Shown in pieces: positions 1 through 13,359 of a stretch of DNA of 64,000 nucleotides; within the stretch, counting starts at the first letter, position 1; each line of letters starts with the position of its first letter. The position numbers and the translations under genes were made by a program. The notes beneath the pieces were generated by a model. It was not told the origin of the DNA. It made no database searches and was given only the letters and a program-made list of their open reading frames with translations. Origin of the DNA: Vitrella brassicaformis CCMP3155 (taxonomy: Eukaryota > Protista > Chromerida); contig CDMY01000091.1 of assembly GCA_001179505.1 (NCBI GenBank), forward strand, positions 124,001-188,000. The letters run 5' to 3'.

Positions 1-3000
1 GAGAGAGAGAGAGAAACCGCCGCTCTCTCTCTCTCTCTGTGTGTGTTTGTGTGTGTGTATGTGTACGTGGATGTAGAGGTGTGTCTTGATGCGGACGTCC
101 TTGTGCATGTAGCGCAAAGCAGCGCGGATGCATGACCGCAGAAAGGGGTCATCCGACGGGCAGAAACCCATCTGCAGGGCCTACACATCACACACACACA
201 TACGACGACCATGCATCACCACATGCCTCTCTCTCTCTCTCTGTGTGTTTGTATGTGTGTGTGTGAGGGTACCTGAACAATGGTCTTGCGAAAGGAGTGC
301 TGTGTGCCGATCCTCTGGATGAGCCGCAGCGCCGCCCCCTTGTGTCTGAGGGCGTTCAGCCCGTCGCGCAGGTTGTCCTTCAGAATGGCGACAAACATCT
401 ACACACCACACACACACACACACACATAACCACACGAACGCTACTAAAGGTGGGTCGCTGTGTGCCTGGTGCGGTATGCCGCGAGTGTCGAGCATCATGA
501 TGATCTCGCGGTTGAGGTTCTCGGGCAGGAAGCGGCTGACACACCCACACACACGCACACACACCCACACACACAGAGAGAGAGAGAGAGAGATACACGC
601 GCGTGTNNNNNNNNNNNNNNNNNNNNNNNNNNNNNNNNNNNNNNNNNNNNNNNNNNNNNNNNNNNNNNNNNNNNNNNNNNNNNNNNNNNNNNNNNNNNNN
701 NNNNNNNNNNNNNNNNNNNNNNNNNNNNNNNNNNNNNNNNNNNNNNNNNNNNNNNNNNNNNNNNNNNNNNNNNNNNNNNNNNNNNNNNNNNNNNNNNNNN
801 NNNNNNNNNNNNNNNNNNNNNNNNNNNNNNNNNNNNNNNNNNNNNNNNNNNNNNNNNNNNNNNNNNNNNNNNNNNNNNNNNNNNNNNNNNNNNNNNNNNN
901 NNNNNNCCCCCCCCCCCCCCCCAACACACACACTCACAAGTCCATCTGCCGTGCAGTGCAGCGGATTCTGCGCACCTGAATTGCGCACGGTTTGTCGGCC
1001 AGGTGTTCGGCCTCCCATATCTCACTCATCAGCGACGGGTGTATCACGCCACAGCCATCTGCAGACACACACACAGAGACGACTGCTCTCCCTCTCTCTC
1101 TGTCTGTGTGTGTGTGTGTGTGTGTTTGTGTGTGTGTCGAGAGACTGACCAGTAAACTCGTAAGTGCCTTTCTGTGGGAAATCGGGGTCGATCGGTCGTG
1201 TGACGTCGGCTTCAACGAGCACCTGACAGACAGACACCACATGTGTGTGTGTATCTGAGGGTCTGTGTGTGTCTGTGTGAGGGTGTGCTTGCCTGTTCCA
1301 TCGGGACATGGATGCCGCTGCGTGTCGACGAGAAGGGCAGGCCCTGCGCCTTGACGTACTTCCCTGCACATACACACACACACCTCACACAGATCGCACA
1401 GACACACACACACACGCACGCACCGGGCGTGTCAATGCCGCTGAAGTCGCCCAGGAACCTCTCGACATCTTCCAATGACAACCGGCCTGCATGGCAGGCA
1501 GACAGACAGACACACAGCCGCCTGTGTGTGGAGGGGTGGGTGTGAGTGGATGTGGCTTACTGCTGCTGGCGAAGAACCAGGAGGCATTGGTCCGCAGCTG
1601 TGAGGAGCTGCAGCCGAGGAACCTGTAAGTGTGCTGCAGGCCGGGGACGCGGATACCTGCACAGACACACACGTTTTCTCTCTCTCCCTCTCTTTCTCTG
1701 TGCGCGTGTGTGTGTGTGTCCGTGTCTGTACCGGCCTCCAGCACGTGTCTGAGCCTCTTCTGCGCGAAGATCATCCACTGCGGGTCGTCGCCATAGATCG
1801 AGCCGAGATCCTCATCTGCACCATCCACACACACACACACACACGAGCATATCTGTCTGCCACATGTAGATCTCTGTGTGTGTGTTTGTGTGCGCAGGTA
1901 CCGACGAAGCTGACGCGCATGAACTGGTCTGTGTGTGTGCAGAAGTGCCTGAGCACCCTGTTGCTCTGCTCGATGTACTCGCCGCCCACTACCACCTTCA
2001 ATGGGGTCACCTGCGGGCATGTGTGTGGGTGTGGTGTGTGAGGTGTGTGTGGTGTGTGCTGCACACCTGCACGTGAATCACGCGCACGCAGTGGTCTGGG
2101 CACTTGATGGGGGTGCTGATCAGACCGAGACTGCATTCCAGCCACACAAAGGCACACACAGACGGAGAAAGAAAGATGGACACACACGGGGTTTTCCCTC
2201 TCTCTGCTACCTACTTGGACCGCGCCCATCTGGCAGCCTTGTCGAAATCTGTAAATCACATACGAATCCACACACACACACACACACAAAGGCACAAACA
2301 CACAAAGGGATTACGAGAGATGCAGAACCTTGCTTTGGGTCGGTAGAGGGCCGGGCTCGTCTGAACATGCTCTGATGGATCGAGGTGCACAGCACATGCT
2401 CGGTGTCCCTTGTTGCGTGTGTCAGTCACTGGCTGGCGTGAGTGCGTGTCCTCGGCTACGTACGTCAAGGGCGAAGGAGATGATCTGGGAGGAGGTGTCC
2501 GGCTCGAGCAGGCCCTCCCTGACAAAGGAAGGCTCCACCTGCACACATAAATGACAAAAACCTGTGTGTGGATATGCTGTCATGATGGTGTTGCTACCGC
2601 GTTGCTGCCTTGGAGGATGCCTAGACACACAGACACACACACACACACAGAGGGAGAGAGAGAGAGAGAGAGGGAGAGTTGCACGGGTGTGCAAACACAG
2701 ACCCACAACGACAGACCATTCGTAATAAGCTGGTGGTACTGCGCGAGCAGCACAAAGCCGTCCTTGCGCTTCAGAAGCGACTTGGACACCCTAACCGACT
2801 CAAAAGTGTGTGTGTGTGTGTGGGTGGGTGGGTGAGTGTACCTGTGTATTTCCTTTGTGATCTGCTCCACTTCCGACGCTCTGTCGACCACACGCACCAC
2901 AGGCGATGGATCGACGGCATACCGCAGCCGACCGTCCCGACTGCATCATCAACGCACACACATGGGTGTATGTGGTGGGGGTGTCTGTGCTTCTTGTGTG

Positions 3001-5120
3001 TGTGTGCGCTGTGTGTGTGCGTGTGTGTCGAGACCTGTCGTGTGTGCCTTGCAGCAGGCCTGCCTTGAGGAGGGAGGGGGCGATGTGGCTCTCAAAGTGG
3101 GCCTGACGGACAGACATACACACACACACACACACGCATTGGCTGTGGATTGTAAAAGTGTGTGGTTTGTATGTGTGTGTAGGTGTGTACCTTCTTGCCA
3201 GGGCAGACACACACGACGCACCAGGAGACCTCCAAAGCCTACAATCAATCAATGGATGGATGGATGGACACGTGTCACGTGTGTGATGTCAGCTGGCGTG
3301 GTGCACAAATCAGCCAGCACCGACCGTCACACCATGTCGACCATGCCCGCCACCCTGCAACCACACACACAGAAACAAAGACAGGTCTGTCTGTGGGTTT
3401 GCGCACAGCACACGCATCCACCGCACCGACCTGTGGCGCCTCATCTGCTCCGCCGATGTGCCACGGGTCCGTCACGCGCACCCACTCCACTCGCCGCCAG
3501 TCCTTCGCGTCACTCGACAAGGTCAAGTCGACGTCGCTTGGGTTTAAGTCGCGGTACACCTGCGCGGCCATGCGAATGACACACACACACACACACACAC
3601 ACATCTGTGTTTGCGGTGAATGAGTAGGCTCACTTTGGGCGGGCATGTGTACACGATGGCCAGGTGCAGATCGTTGTCAGTTGCTGTGGTGGTGGTGGTG
3701 GTAGTGGTGGTGTTGGTGACGAAAGGCCTCAGCCGCACCTGGTGGAACTGCCACTCCAGCTTGTAGGTCCGGTGCGTGTGCCGCTCCCTGCTCATTTACA
3801 CACACAGAGGGAGGGAGGGAGAGGTGCGCACACACACACACACACAGGGTGGCCTAGTCACTTGAAAGCGATGCGCAGAGTGCGTCTGGTGAGGCAGAAG
3901 AAGACGGCGATCCGCCCAGAGGGGTCGGGGGCACCCACTGAGAAATCGCGGGACTGCACGTGTGTGTCAGTCAACACAGGCAGGCACATTGTGGGTATGG
4001 TATGTCTGTGGGTGCCTTCTTGTGTGCAGGGATTGCGTGTCGTTACATTCTCATCCTCCGGGTGGATTGTGTGGTAGGTTTCGATGGTGTCGGGCTTCAC
4101 CTGAACACACCCACACACACAGTCAAGGCCACACACAAGCACCTACAGCTGCCTACCATGTTGCCAATGAGCAGGTGGGCGCCAAACACGGCCGCTGTGC
4201 GCTGAGACCTATAGGAGAAGGAAAGATGAGAGCAGCAAGATTCGTTCACACAGGCGGACACACACACACACACCTACACAACTGAGCACCTGTTTCTGTC
4301 CGGCTCTTCGTCAGCCAGCCGCACGTCGAGAGCCCCGAAGGTGCCCACACTGGCGGACCGCAGCTGATGCACTGCATGCTGTGCGCTGTCCTTGCTGACA
4401 CACACACGGACACAATCCCTGTGTGGTGTGTGTGTGTGTGCCTGCCTGTAGTATCTGATGGCGGCCGTGCGGCGGCCCGACAAGTAGATCCTGAAGCAAA
4501 GACACACACACACACACAGCAGAGCCGCTTGAGCACACACACACGCCCTCAACAACTGTGTTTCGTGCCTGTACGTGCCGACTCACTCATCAATCTCGCC
4601 AAATGACCCAAATGCTGCAGCCAGCCTCACACAAAGACACGCCTTGTCTGCCCTTGTGTGTCTGTGTGTGGGTGTCGGTATCTGTGTCTGTGTCTGTGTG
4701 TGTGTGTGTGGTCTGCCCACATCGTCTGCCCTCGACGGCCGTCTCCCTCAGCTGCTGCACAAACACATCCGACGGCAAGTCGCCCACCAGCACAGTCCCA
4801 GAACTCTGCTCAATGCCCTGCAGTGCACAGCCCATCACCACATTCTCTCTCATGACATTCATCACGACCATTGTCCTCCCTGTTGTCTGTCACCTCATAG
4901 GCGAGTTCAGATCTCTCCGTCACGCCGTGCTGCCCATCCTCCTTGACGAGCCCGCTGATATCGGCATACTCGCGCCCCCGGGACACGCGCTGCTGTCTGC
5001 GCGCGGCCATCGCCGCCAACGCCCGGGGCCGCCTGGCCTGAGCGAATGCAGAGATCTGATCAGTGCAGGAAGGGCCGGGACCTCACTCTCTGCCTGGGCG
5101 GCTGAAACGGCCAGCAGCAT
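1..5120 (-). CDS. RDR: Eukaryotic RNA-dependent RNA polymerase (RDR1/2/6-like RNAi enzyme); multi-exon, 3' end runs off the window, one exon hidden in gap 607-906
   Basis: Spliced exons give the RdRP motif series in order: VQ|VTPLKVVVGGEYIEQSNRVLRHF..DQFMRVSFV, FLGCSSSQLRTNASWFF, FLGDFSGI, KYVKAQGLPFSSTR, DGCGVIHPSLMSEI..KPCAIQ, NLNREIIMMLDTRGIP, DPFLRSCIRAALRY. The N-terminal TVLVGDLPSDVFVQQLRE is RRM-like. Start codon uncertain (ATG 4871 or ORF start 5120). Confidence 0.93.
607..906. other. Assembly gap (300 N)
   Basis: Run of N. Confidence 1.
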
Positions 5121-5789
5121 CCAGCACCCTGTTGCAGGAGCTGCAGACGCGCCACAGCTCAGGGTGCCGTCGAGATCAGGACATTCTGATTTTTGCTGTT
5201 ATTTCGCCTCTGACTGCTTGGAAATCACTGTGTGGTGACGGAAAAGAGCCGAAATGAAGAAGAAGAAGGCGGGGGATAAGAAGAAGGCGGGGGATCACTT
5301 GCGCGCTGTAGCTCGCGACGGCCGGGAAGGCGCGCGCCTCCATCCAGGTTTTCTGCTGCAAAGCACCCCCCCACAGCCGCGTCCGTACGCCACACGCACA
5401 CTCCTATCTATCCACCGAGTGGTCGGTGTACGCTGTGGTCGTGTCCGTCCGTACAGCACCACTCCTCCCGTCCCTCCGCTGGCGCAGTCACCGTCGTCAC
5501 CCAAGCCGTCGTCGCCGCGTCACAAGAAGCCCCACATCACGGCTGTGAGCGGCGGCGACGTCGCCCAGCGCACCTTTGCGCTTCCCCTCTCCCGACCAGT
5601 CGGCCGCGGCGCCAGGGGGTTCCTTCGTCCATTCGTCGTGCGGTCGTGGAGGACGCGGCGCGGCGCACCTCCAAGTTTTCTGCTGCAAAGCAGCCAACCA
5701 CAGAGCCCCCCCGACAAGTGCAGCAACACGACAAGATGGTGGTGAGGTCGGTAAGTTTTGTGGCTAGTCCCTGCTTGCCTCTGCTGGAG

Positions 5790-7817
5790 ATGCCAAGAGA
5801 TTATGCTGCCCTGATAGAAAGGCACCGCGACGGAATAGATGAGGTGCGGTGTCTGCTGCAGCGGCGCGGCAAGTCGTGTCTACCGAAGCTGCCGGAGGGT
5901 CTACTACCCTTCAGCATTCTCGACGACAGGGTGGTGGTCAGGTATTTGCTGCAGTTCCCCAGCGCACAGAAAGCGGGTCCGTACACGCCGAAACACTCAA
6001 GCACCACCCCATCCCACCTGCACGTGCTTGTGTGTGTGTTTGTGTGTGGGGGGTTGCAGCCAATGCGATGGAGAAGGCGATGAAGTGGCGGAACGACAAC
6101 AGAGATATCGTCAAGGTCAAGACGACACAGACAGACGATCAGAGACCATCAGCCAGCGGTGCATTGGGGTATGAATCTTGCACTGTCGCAGGCTGCGCTG
6201 GACGGCGTGCCGCCCCCCATGTCGCCGGAGAAGGCCGCTGTGGTGGCGCAGTACTTTGCCGTCGGGCTCCACCCCAACAGACGCAGACCGCACAACATCC
6301 TACTGCTGCTCAGGCTAGGTACAGCAGCCACACACAGAGACGCCCGTACAGAGGGAAAATTTTTGGTCTCTCTCTCTCTCTCTGTGTGTGTGCGTATCTG
6401 TCTGATTCCTGCGTCTGTGTGTGTATTTTGGCAGGGCTGAGCACCGTGCAGGCGGTGCATTCGAAGCTCACACACGCAGGTGGGCGAGTGGTCACACACA
6501 CACACACACACAGAGGGATGGTGTGCACTTTGTGGTTCTCTTTCGCCAGAGCTGCGGAATATGTTTCTGTGGAGCATGGAGAGTCAGTTCTGGTGGGGCC
6601 TGACCGAAGGGGCCACCGACAAGATGCACTCCGGGTCTTTCATGATCGACCTCAGTAAGACGGACGCCCTCACACACGACACGACAAGACACGCACAAGT
6701 GTGTATATACCATGTGTGTGTGTGTGTTCGTGTGTGCCGACAGGTCATTTCGCGATGCGCAACATCGACCAGTGGTTCGCGCGGCAGCTGTTGGTGTTTG
6801 ATGACGTCGTTGCGACAGGCCAGTGGCTGCACCCGCTGCTCGTCGGACAAGTGGTACGCTCACCCTCCCACACCCCCTCCCTCCCTCCCTCCCTCCCCTC
6901 CCTCCCTCTCTATGTCGCTGTGTGTGTCGAATGCCGACTGTCTGTCAGGTCGTGTGTAACCCGCCGTTTTGGATCCGCACGCTATGGAACTTCTGCCGCA
7001 TGTTCCTGAGCAAGGCCATCTGCGACAAGTTCGTCTTCCTCCCCCCCTCACCGCCCATCGACATCCCCACCCCCACGACCTGCAAGTCGGACACCACACT
7101 CCCATCCAGACCCACAAAGCACAGCAGTGCACATCATCGGCAGCCGCCCGTCAGCCCTTCATGCGCGCCGCAGCAGCACCAACAGCAACAGCAAGACTGC
7201 GCGAGTGGGTTTGGGAGCATTGCGGTCTTCGACCCCATCCTGGAGCTGGTCGATCCAGAGGTACCCACACACACACACAGTTCGGTTGTCTGGCTCGTGT
7301 GTCGCATAGAGAGAGGAGGCCACCTGCATCCCTTTCTTGTCTGCAGGACCTGCCGCTGTGGCTGGGGGGCAACTGCGACTGTGTCGGCGGGTGCATCAAG
7401 AACTACGGCGCCTTCCAGGCGCACCCACACCCCTTCAAGAAGGACGCCCCCCACTCCCACAACATCACCCTCGACCCCGCGCAGATTCGGGCGCGGTTCC
7501 TCTCACTCAACGCCTTCCACGCACTCAAGACGGCCGACATCCGATCGCCATCGAGCTTGTCCAGCCGATGTTGCAACGAGTCATCTGGCAGCGAAGAGCA
7601 GAGCTTACTGACGACGGTGCCGTCCTCACCGACGGTGTTGTCTTCCCCGACAATGCCGTCCTCCCCGTTGGTGCCCTCCTCCCCGACTGCGAGTGATGGC
7701 GTGGATGAGGCTGCCGTCGTGGCCCGGCAAAGGCGGGGCGTGTGGCGTGCGTCGAACAGCCTGGCGGACTGGGAGATGCTCAGGCAGGTGCACGAGGAGG
7801 TTTTCTTCAGTGTGTGA
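5790..7817 (+). CDS. Sec14/CRAL-TRIO lipid-binding domain protein, multi-exon; possible additional 5' exon at 5254-5745
   Basis: CRAL-TRIO-N-like DDRVVVRYLLQF..A|ANAMEKAMKWRNDN, then MIDLSK, CNPPFWIRTLWNFCRMFLSKAICDKFVFL, and DPE|DLPLWLGGNCDC; stop at 7815-7817. Confidence 0.85.
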
Positions 7818-10296
7818 CTCACTCACCTCTCTGTGTGTGTGGCTGCTCGTGAGGTGAGGCAGCTGGCTGGCTGCTGCGTGCATAGGTACTGCATGGCAAT
7901 GCGTTTTTGGCGTCGTGTGGTGTGTTGTGGTGTGCTTTGTGGTGTGCTTTGTGGCGTGCTGCTGGGTGAGGGTTGTGCGTGTGTGGACGGTAGGTACCGC
8001 TGCTGATGGTATGATGGTATGGGTGGAGAGATGTTTTGCACAATGACTGACTGACATTGGTGGACGGGTGCTCTCGCGAATGTGCGTGAGAGGCACAGCA
8101 CCCGTATACTGGTTGGATGAATGGCTGCTGAAAGGATGGCTGCCACCCACCCCACTGCCCACTGCGCCCACTCCTGTGTGTTTGTGCAGATGTCTATGTG
8201 TGTGTTTGCCTGCGGGATGGATGGATGGAATGGCGAATGGCTTTTCTGTGCTGCCCCGATCTCTGTTGGTGTGATGTATGCTCTGTAAGGTGTCTTCATC
8301 CGTCGACATGTGCCTGTGGCGTACAATTGCTGGAGATTAACTTTCTCGCGTACGCAGTGGCAAAGGAGGAAGGAACACACACGCGGATGCATGGCTGGCT
8401 GGATGGATGCATGGCTGAGTGATACATTGGTTCATGCATTTAACATAACCCTCACACTACCTCTCCGTCTGTCTGTCTGTCTGGCTTGGCTGACACTGCT
8501 GGCTGCCAATGTGTATTGACTGGTGTTTCTATCAGCCCACCCATCTACTTATCCAATATATCAACTTTCTTCTGCACCGCCGATATGCCTTGGTATTTGC
8601 TGGCTGCCTGTGGGGACCATGCCTGAGGGGCGATTGGGCTGGCTCCTGCCCCAACTGGTTGTCATTCTCAATCCGTCCGCTGTGCTCCCGTCACCAGTTC
8701 GTCTCCAGCGACCGTGGGCCAATGGTGCGGTGTCACTTCACCGCTCCGTTGCACCACTCTCGCCAAGCACGCATTGGTGACGGGAGGCAAGGCGAGCGTG
8801 AAGACGGTCACGCCTGTCTCGGACAGTGAGTGCACCTGCGTGTCTGTGTGGTGAGATTGCATGGGGGTTGGCTTCGGTGCTCAAGCCACACAAGAGGATT
8901 TGTGCTGGTGTCTTTTCTGGTCCTCCTGTTGGTGTTGGTGTTGGTGTGTTTGTCTGTGCCATTGCACTGCATTGCACTGCATTTGTCGTGAATGCGTTTT
9001 TCGTATTTCCTCATAACATGTCCATCTACTCATGGAGAGGCGCTTTCTGCCAGCCTCCCATACGCTTTCTACGCTACTTCCGTCCCTCTCGCTCTCTCTC
9101 TCTTCGCTGCGTACAATGTGGGTGCCGTAATTAGTAGTCCCGTGTGTGCGCGCACACGTGTGTGTCCATGTCCTCACTGACAAACAAATGCGGCTGTGGA
9201 CATTGGATGCGATGGATCGCCGGCTGCCCTGGCTGCTCTTGGCTGCCTGGCTGTCGATGCTGTCTGTGGGTTTTCTGTCGGGTGGGTGCTGTTCGGGTGG
9301 GTGCTGTTTGCGTGGGTGCTGCGGGCATGGACGCACAGACACTGCTGGCACATGCATTGAGAGCAGTCTACTGACGCGCCCATTTCTCCCTCACTCAATC
9401 CCCGCAGCTGTTCATCCATGGAGGATTGAAGGAGTGGCTTTTCTGTGCGTGTGTGTGTGTTGTTTGATGCTCACGGCTGCCTGGGGCTGGGGTGGGTGGG
9501 GAGGGAGGGAGGGAAGGGCGATTTGTCTTCCTGCTGCTCACCTGCTAAGGTGTGTGCAGTATATCGTTTTTGGCTTTTGGCTCATCCATCTGTGCTGCAA
9601 TGTAAGTACTCAAAGACAGAGAGGGGAGGGCGAGTGGGGGGGTGGGAGGGGGGATGTGTGATGGGTACATTGGAAGGCAGGGCTGGTAGGCTTTCAGTTC
9701 GATGCACGCACTATGCTGCACGGACGGCGACGTGTTTTTGCCGAGAGCCCTTCCCTCGTCGTAGGTATACACAGATGTTCATTCCTTCATCCGGACATAC
9801 ACACAGACAGAGACATTGCTTGACGTGCTATAACTGACTGCTGTGTGGGGCTGTGTGCGATGGGCCCGCGAGGCGACGTTCTTTCAACTGTGCCTACCCT
9901 GCATGGGAGAATGGGGAGGTGTCTGCACGGGCGCAGTATGGTGGCGGGTGTCTCCGGGCACTCAGGCGGTGACTCACGACATGGTGGTTGAACACACTGA
10001 ACATGTCACACAACCCTGACAACAGCACAATCTTCGCCAGTCGGACAGAATCTAACCCAACGACGAGAACCAGGTAGCTTGTGAGTCGAGTGGCAGCAGT
10101 CAAACAAATATAAAATGTACACAGCGATGACTGAGGGCTGGCTCCAAATCACACACCGGGCCGGCGTTGTGCATAAAAAGGCACTGAGAACTTGCCGGCC
10201 TTTGCTCCTTGCCATTTCCCTCTGTGTCTCTGGATGGGTGGTCGACGGCCGTGCATTCCGGCCCCCCACCACCAGCTATTCTCAACGCCACATGCA

Positions 10297-12280
10297 CTAG
10301 TCGCAGATGCTCCAGCCGCAGCTTGCCCTCCTCTTGTCTTGGGTCTCGCCAGACCAGTCGACCGCCTTCCTCCCGTCGTGGTGGGTGTACACCCACACCG
10401 GCCTCGGCGGCACGTGCCGCTCGACTTGAACCACCCGCCATCCCCCCGTCCCATCGGGCACCTTCGTATGTGTCTCGACGTGGTAGCCGCGAGCAGGCCG
10501 TGGGGCTGAGGGGCAGGGGCAAGGCAGGAGGACGCTGGTGTGCTCCGAGGGAGGAGGGGCGATGTGCGTGTAGAGAGGGGGGCCGACATAGTGTGTGCGG
10601 ACGAATGGCCGACGGGATGTGGGGGCTGCAGACTGTGGGGCGGGGGGAGGAGGGAAGGCAGCCGCAGCACCCTCAGCCTCCTTCTGCTCTTCTTCCTGCC
10701 GCCACCAATGCTGCAGTGCCTCGTCGGCTATTGATGCACAATCAGCCAAACATGAAAACATCGTGTGCACGTGAATGCGTGTGCATGCAGATCGATCACC
10801 TACCGGATGGTCGGTCGTCCCATTGGAACGTCTGCAGCTTCTTGGTCAGGTCGACGGCGCCCTCCCATCCCTCTGGCAGACAATCATCAAGGTTCGGAGG
10901 GTCCTGAGAAAAACAGCCCATCCATCACACTGGTGTATCAGTCCTCTGTTAACGCGTACCGCATCTATCGCGACGCGACGGGCGAACAGGTCCATCGACT
11001 CGTCGAGGTGGAAGGGGAAAACTTGTTGTATAGCAACACGTACCTCCACACACAATGATGCCGACAATCGACCTACACATTTGTCATATGGATGGACTGC
11101 GGGTGTGCTTACACGAGGCCACCAACCGCCCACGTATCAGTCTCTTCAGACTGGCCGCTTATGACTGTCTCCGGGGCCTGCTTGCACACCACACGGCAGT
11201 ACACACACACAGAGAGAGAGAAAGGCTCAATCCCAGAGATCTCTTGTCGCCCTCATGTGCGATACGATCACCGTGTACTCGACGGTGCCTCCTCGGTCAA
11301 CGATGTTCCCCCCTGCTAGCTCCAGCAGCCCTCTTCTGGTGATGCACGTGTCGTAGTCGATGACCTTCAGCTGCCTCCCGTCGAATATGCAGTTTTCGGC
11401 CTTGATGTCCCCGTGGACCAGCTGAGTTCAAGAAGGACGCATCCACACATCACACGCATCTCACACACAGGCAAGCGAATGGCATTTCTTATTGAATACG
11501 GTACCCACCTGACTTGCGTGAAGGTGGCGGACGGCCAGGAGCAGCTGTTTGATGAGCTGCCGGCAGGTGCTGTGGAATATGTGGTGCTCCTCTCTCCACT
11601 TGGGAAGGTCGACCCCGTCGCACCTCTCCATGGCCACATACACCCACCCACCCGCAGCATAATCAGGCCCCGGCTCGCTGACGACGTCGATGACTCTGGC
11701 GAGATGTGGGTGGTTGGTGACGTCGCGCAGCAGGCCGTACGCCTCGGTCATCTCGCCGCTGTGAATGACAGGCAGAACAAGCAAGAGGGCATACAATGCA
11801 GTCGGGAAAACACACTAGATCTTTTCTCCTGCTCACGTCCAGTGCCGCCATGCCACCTTCTTGACGATGCACGCCCGGCCCGTCCTGGTGTCCGTGGCCT
11901 CGTGCACGGCTGAGATGAGCCTGAACACACGCACCACCACGACCGATAGTCAGCAATGAGGGGACCAATGGGATCTTGGTGTGCTTGTCGCTTACTCCTC
12001 ATCGATGCGCCTCTCGTGAATCAGTTTACCGATGTTGTACTCGTGGCTGATGTCAGCCACTTCTCGAAGGTCCTTGATCAAGGACACTGGGGGAAAGAAC
12101 CAAAGGGGGGGCTATCACCCTGTGCACAGCGCCGACGGGGTTGGGGTTGCGCGAAGGATGGCTGAGGCGGGGCTGCAGACTGTGGGGCCGGGGGAGGAGG
12201 GACGGCAGCCGCAGCACCCTCAGCCTCCTTCTGCTCTTCTTCCTGCAGCCACCAATGCTGCAGTGCCTCGTCGGCTATTG
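10297..12280 (-). CDS. Ser/Thr protein kinase (CAMK-like fold, atypical Gly loop), multi-exon; 5' end uncertain
   Basis: Spliced motifs: EYNIGKLI, GRACIVKK, HPHLARVIDV, VYVAMERCDG, LIKQLLLAVRHLHASQ|LVHGDIKAENCIF, KVIDYD, GGTVEYT|APE, ETDTWAVG, AVDLTKKLQTFQWDDRPS|ADEALQHWW. Confidence 0.85.
10621..10800. repeat. Direct duplication, copy A (kinase C-terminal exon plus intron); copy B at 12169-12347
   Basis: About 180 bp nearly identical by eye to 12169-12347 (gctgcagactgtgggg...gcagatcgatcacc). Confidence 0.9.
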
Positions 12281-12347
12281 ATGAACAATCAGGCAAACAC
12301 AAAAACATCGTGTGCACGTGAATGCGTGTCAATGCAGATCGATCACC
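12169..12347. repeat. Direct duplication, copy B
   Basis: Matches 10621-10800; both copies encode ADEALQHWW(L/R)QEEEQKEAEGAAAA(V/F)PPPPAPQSAAP on the minus strand. Confidence 0.9.
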
Positions 12348-13359
12348 CGCTCCAGCCTCCCCTGTACCACCGCTCGTGTGTGCGGGCAGGTCCCCTGTGA
12401 CGCCCAACAGCAAAAACAATACTGCGGCACGGGCTGCTGCGGCTGCATGTCAATCCACCACGGACCTGACCACGCAACACACAGACAGCGACTGCCTTTC
12501 TGCTGCGTTGAGGGACGTGCGGCCATTCGTATGGGTGCATGTGTGTTGACGGTGTACCTGTGTCGTCTTATGTGTTGGTGTACTTGGTTCTATCTACCGC
12601 CGGGCAGACCGGGCCCACCTGTGGACCTGAGTGCACCATCGACAGCCATGTGCTGCGGTGCTCACATCCGTCCACACCCACTCCATCCATGCGCACCTTT
12701 GCCTCCGGAGTGATGTCTGCTGCTGCCACGATGCGATGGCCTCACCGAGCTGCCCATAAATCGGCGAATTGCTCCCAGGTCCTCCTCCGCCTTCAGTGAA
12801 AAGCTCCCTGACCCGCTGCGCCCTCTCGGATCGACGATGCCCGCAGACGGAGATGGCCCTCATTCCCAGCCAAGTGGCGATGAACACAGCTGGCAGTGAA
12901 AACTGTGCGGCTGAGAAGGGCAATCATCGGAAGGGGCACAAGAATTGAGGGTTTGCGGGGTTTCGTCTCCGATTCACGACTGACGAAAAAGATGCAGTGG
13001 AACCTCGCAGATGACGCATCTGCAGGAAATTCGCAAGATCTGACCCAAGACGATGCGGCTGACCATCAACCAAACAGGCGAGCAAACAGACAGGCTGAGA
13101 AAAGCAAGCAGACAGCCGAATGAAAGACAGGCAGAGAGGGCAGACGAGAAACAAAGAAAACAACGTTTGAAAGCAAATGGCTGTGTCTGTTTGATGTTTG
13201 TCACATGATGTCTGATGCAGAGCGGCTCCACTCGGCAACGAAGCAGCCTCCACTCCTCTCTCACCTGCAAAGCGTGAGCAGCACGGCGCACCAACACACC
13301 GCCAACACCTGCATCTCTCTCTTCTTTTCCGTGCAGATGGGACGGTGATCTGTTAATTC

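Noticed and set aside
8300-9900. Possible small secreted Cys-rich protein (MRLWTLDAMDRRLPWLLLAAW...GGCCSGGCC)
   Set aside because: The Cys pattern comes from a short ggtgggtgctgtt tandem repeat, and no consistent exon structure could be built.
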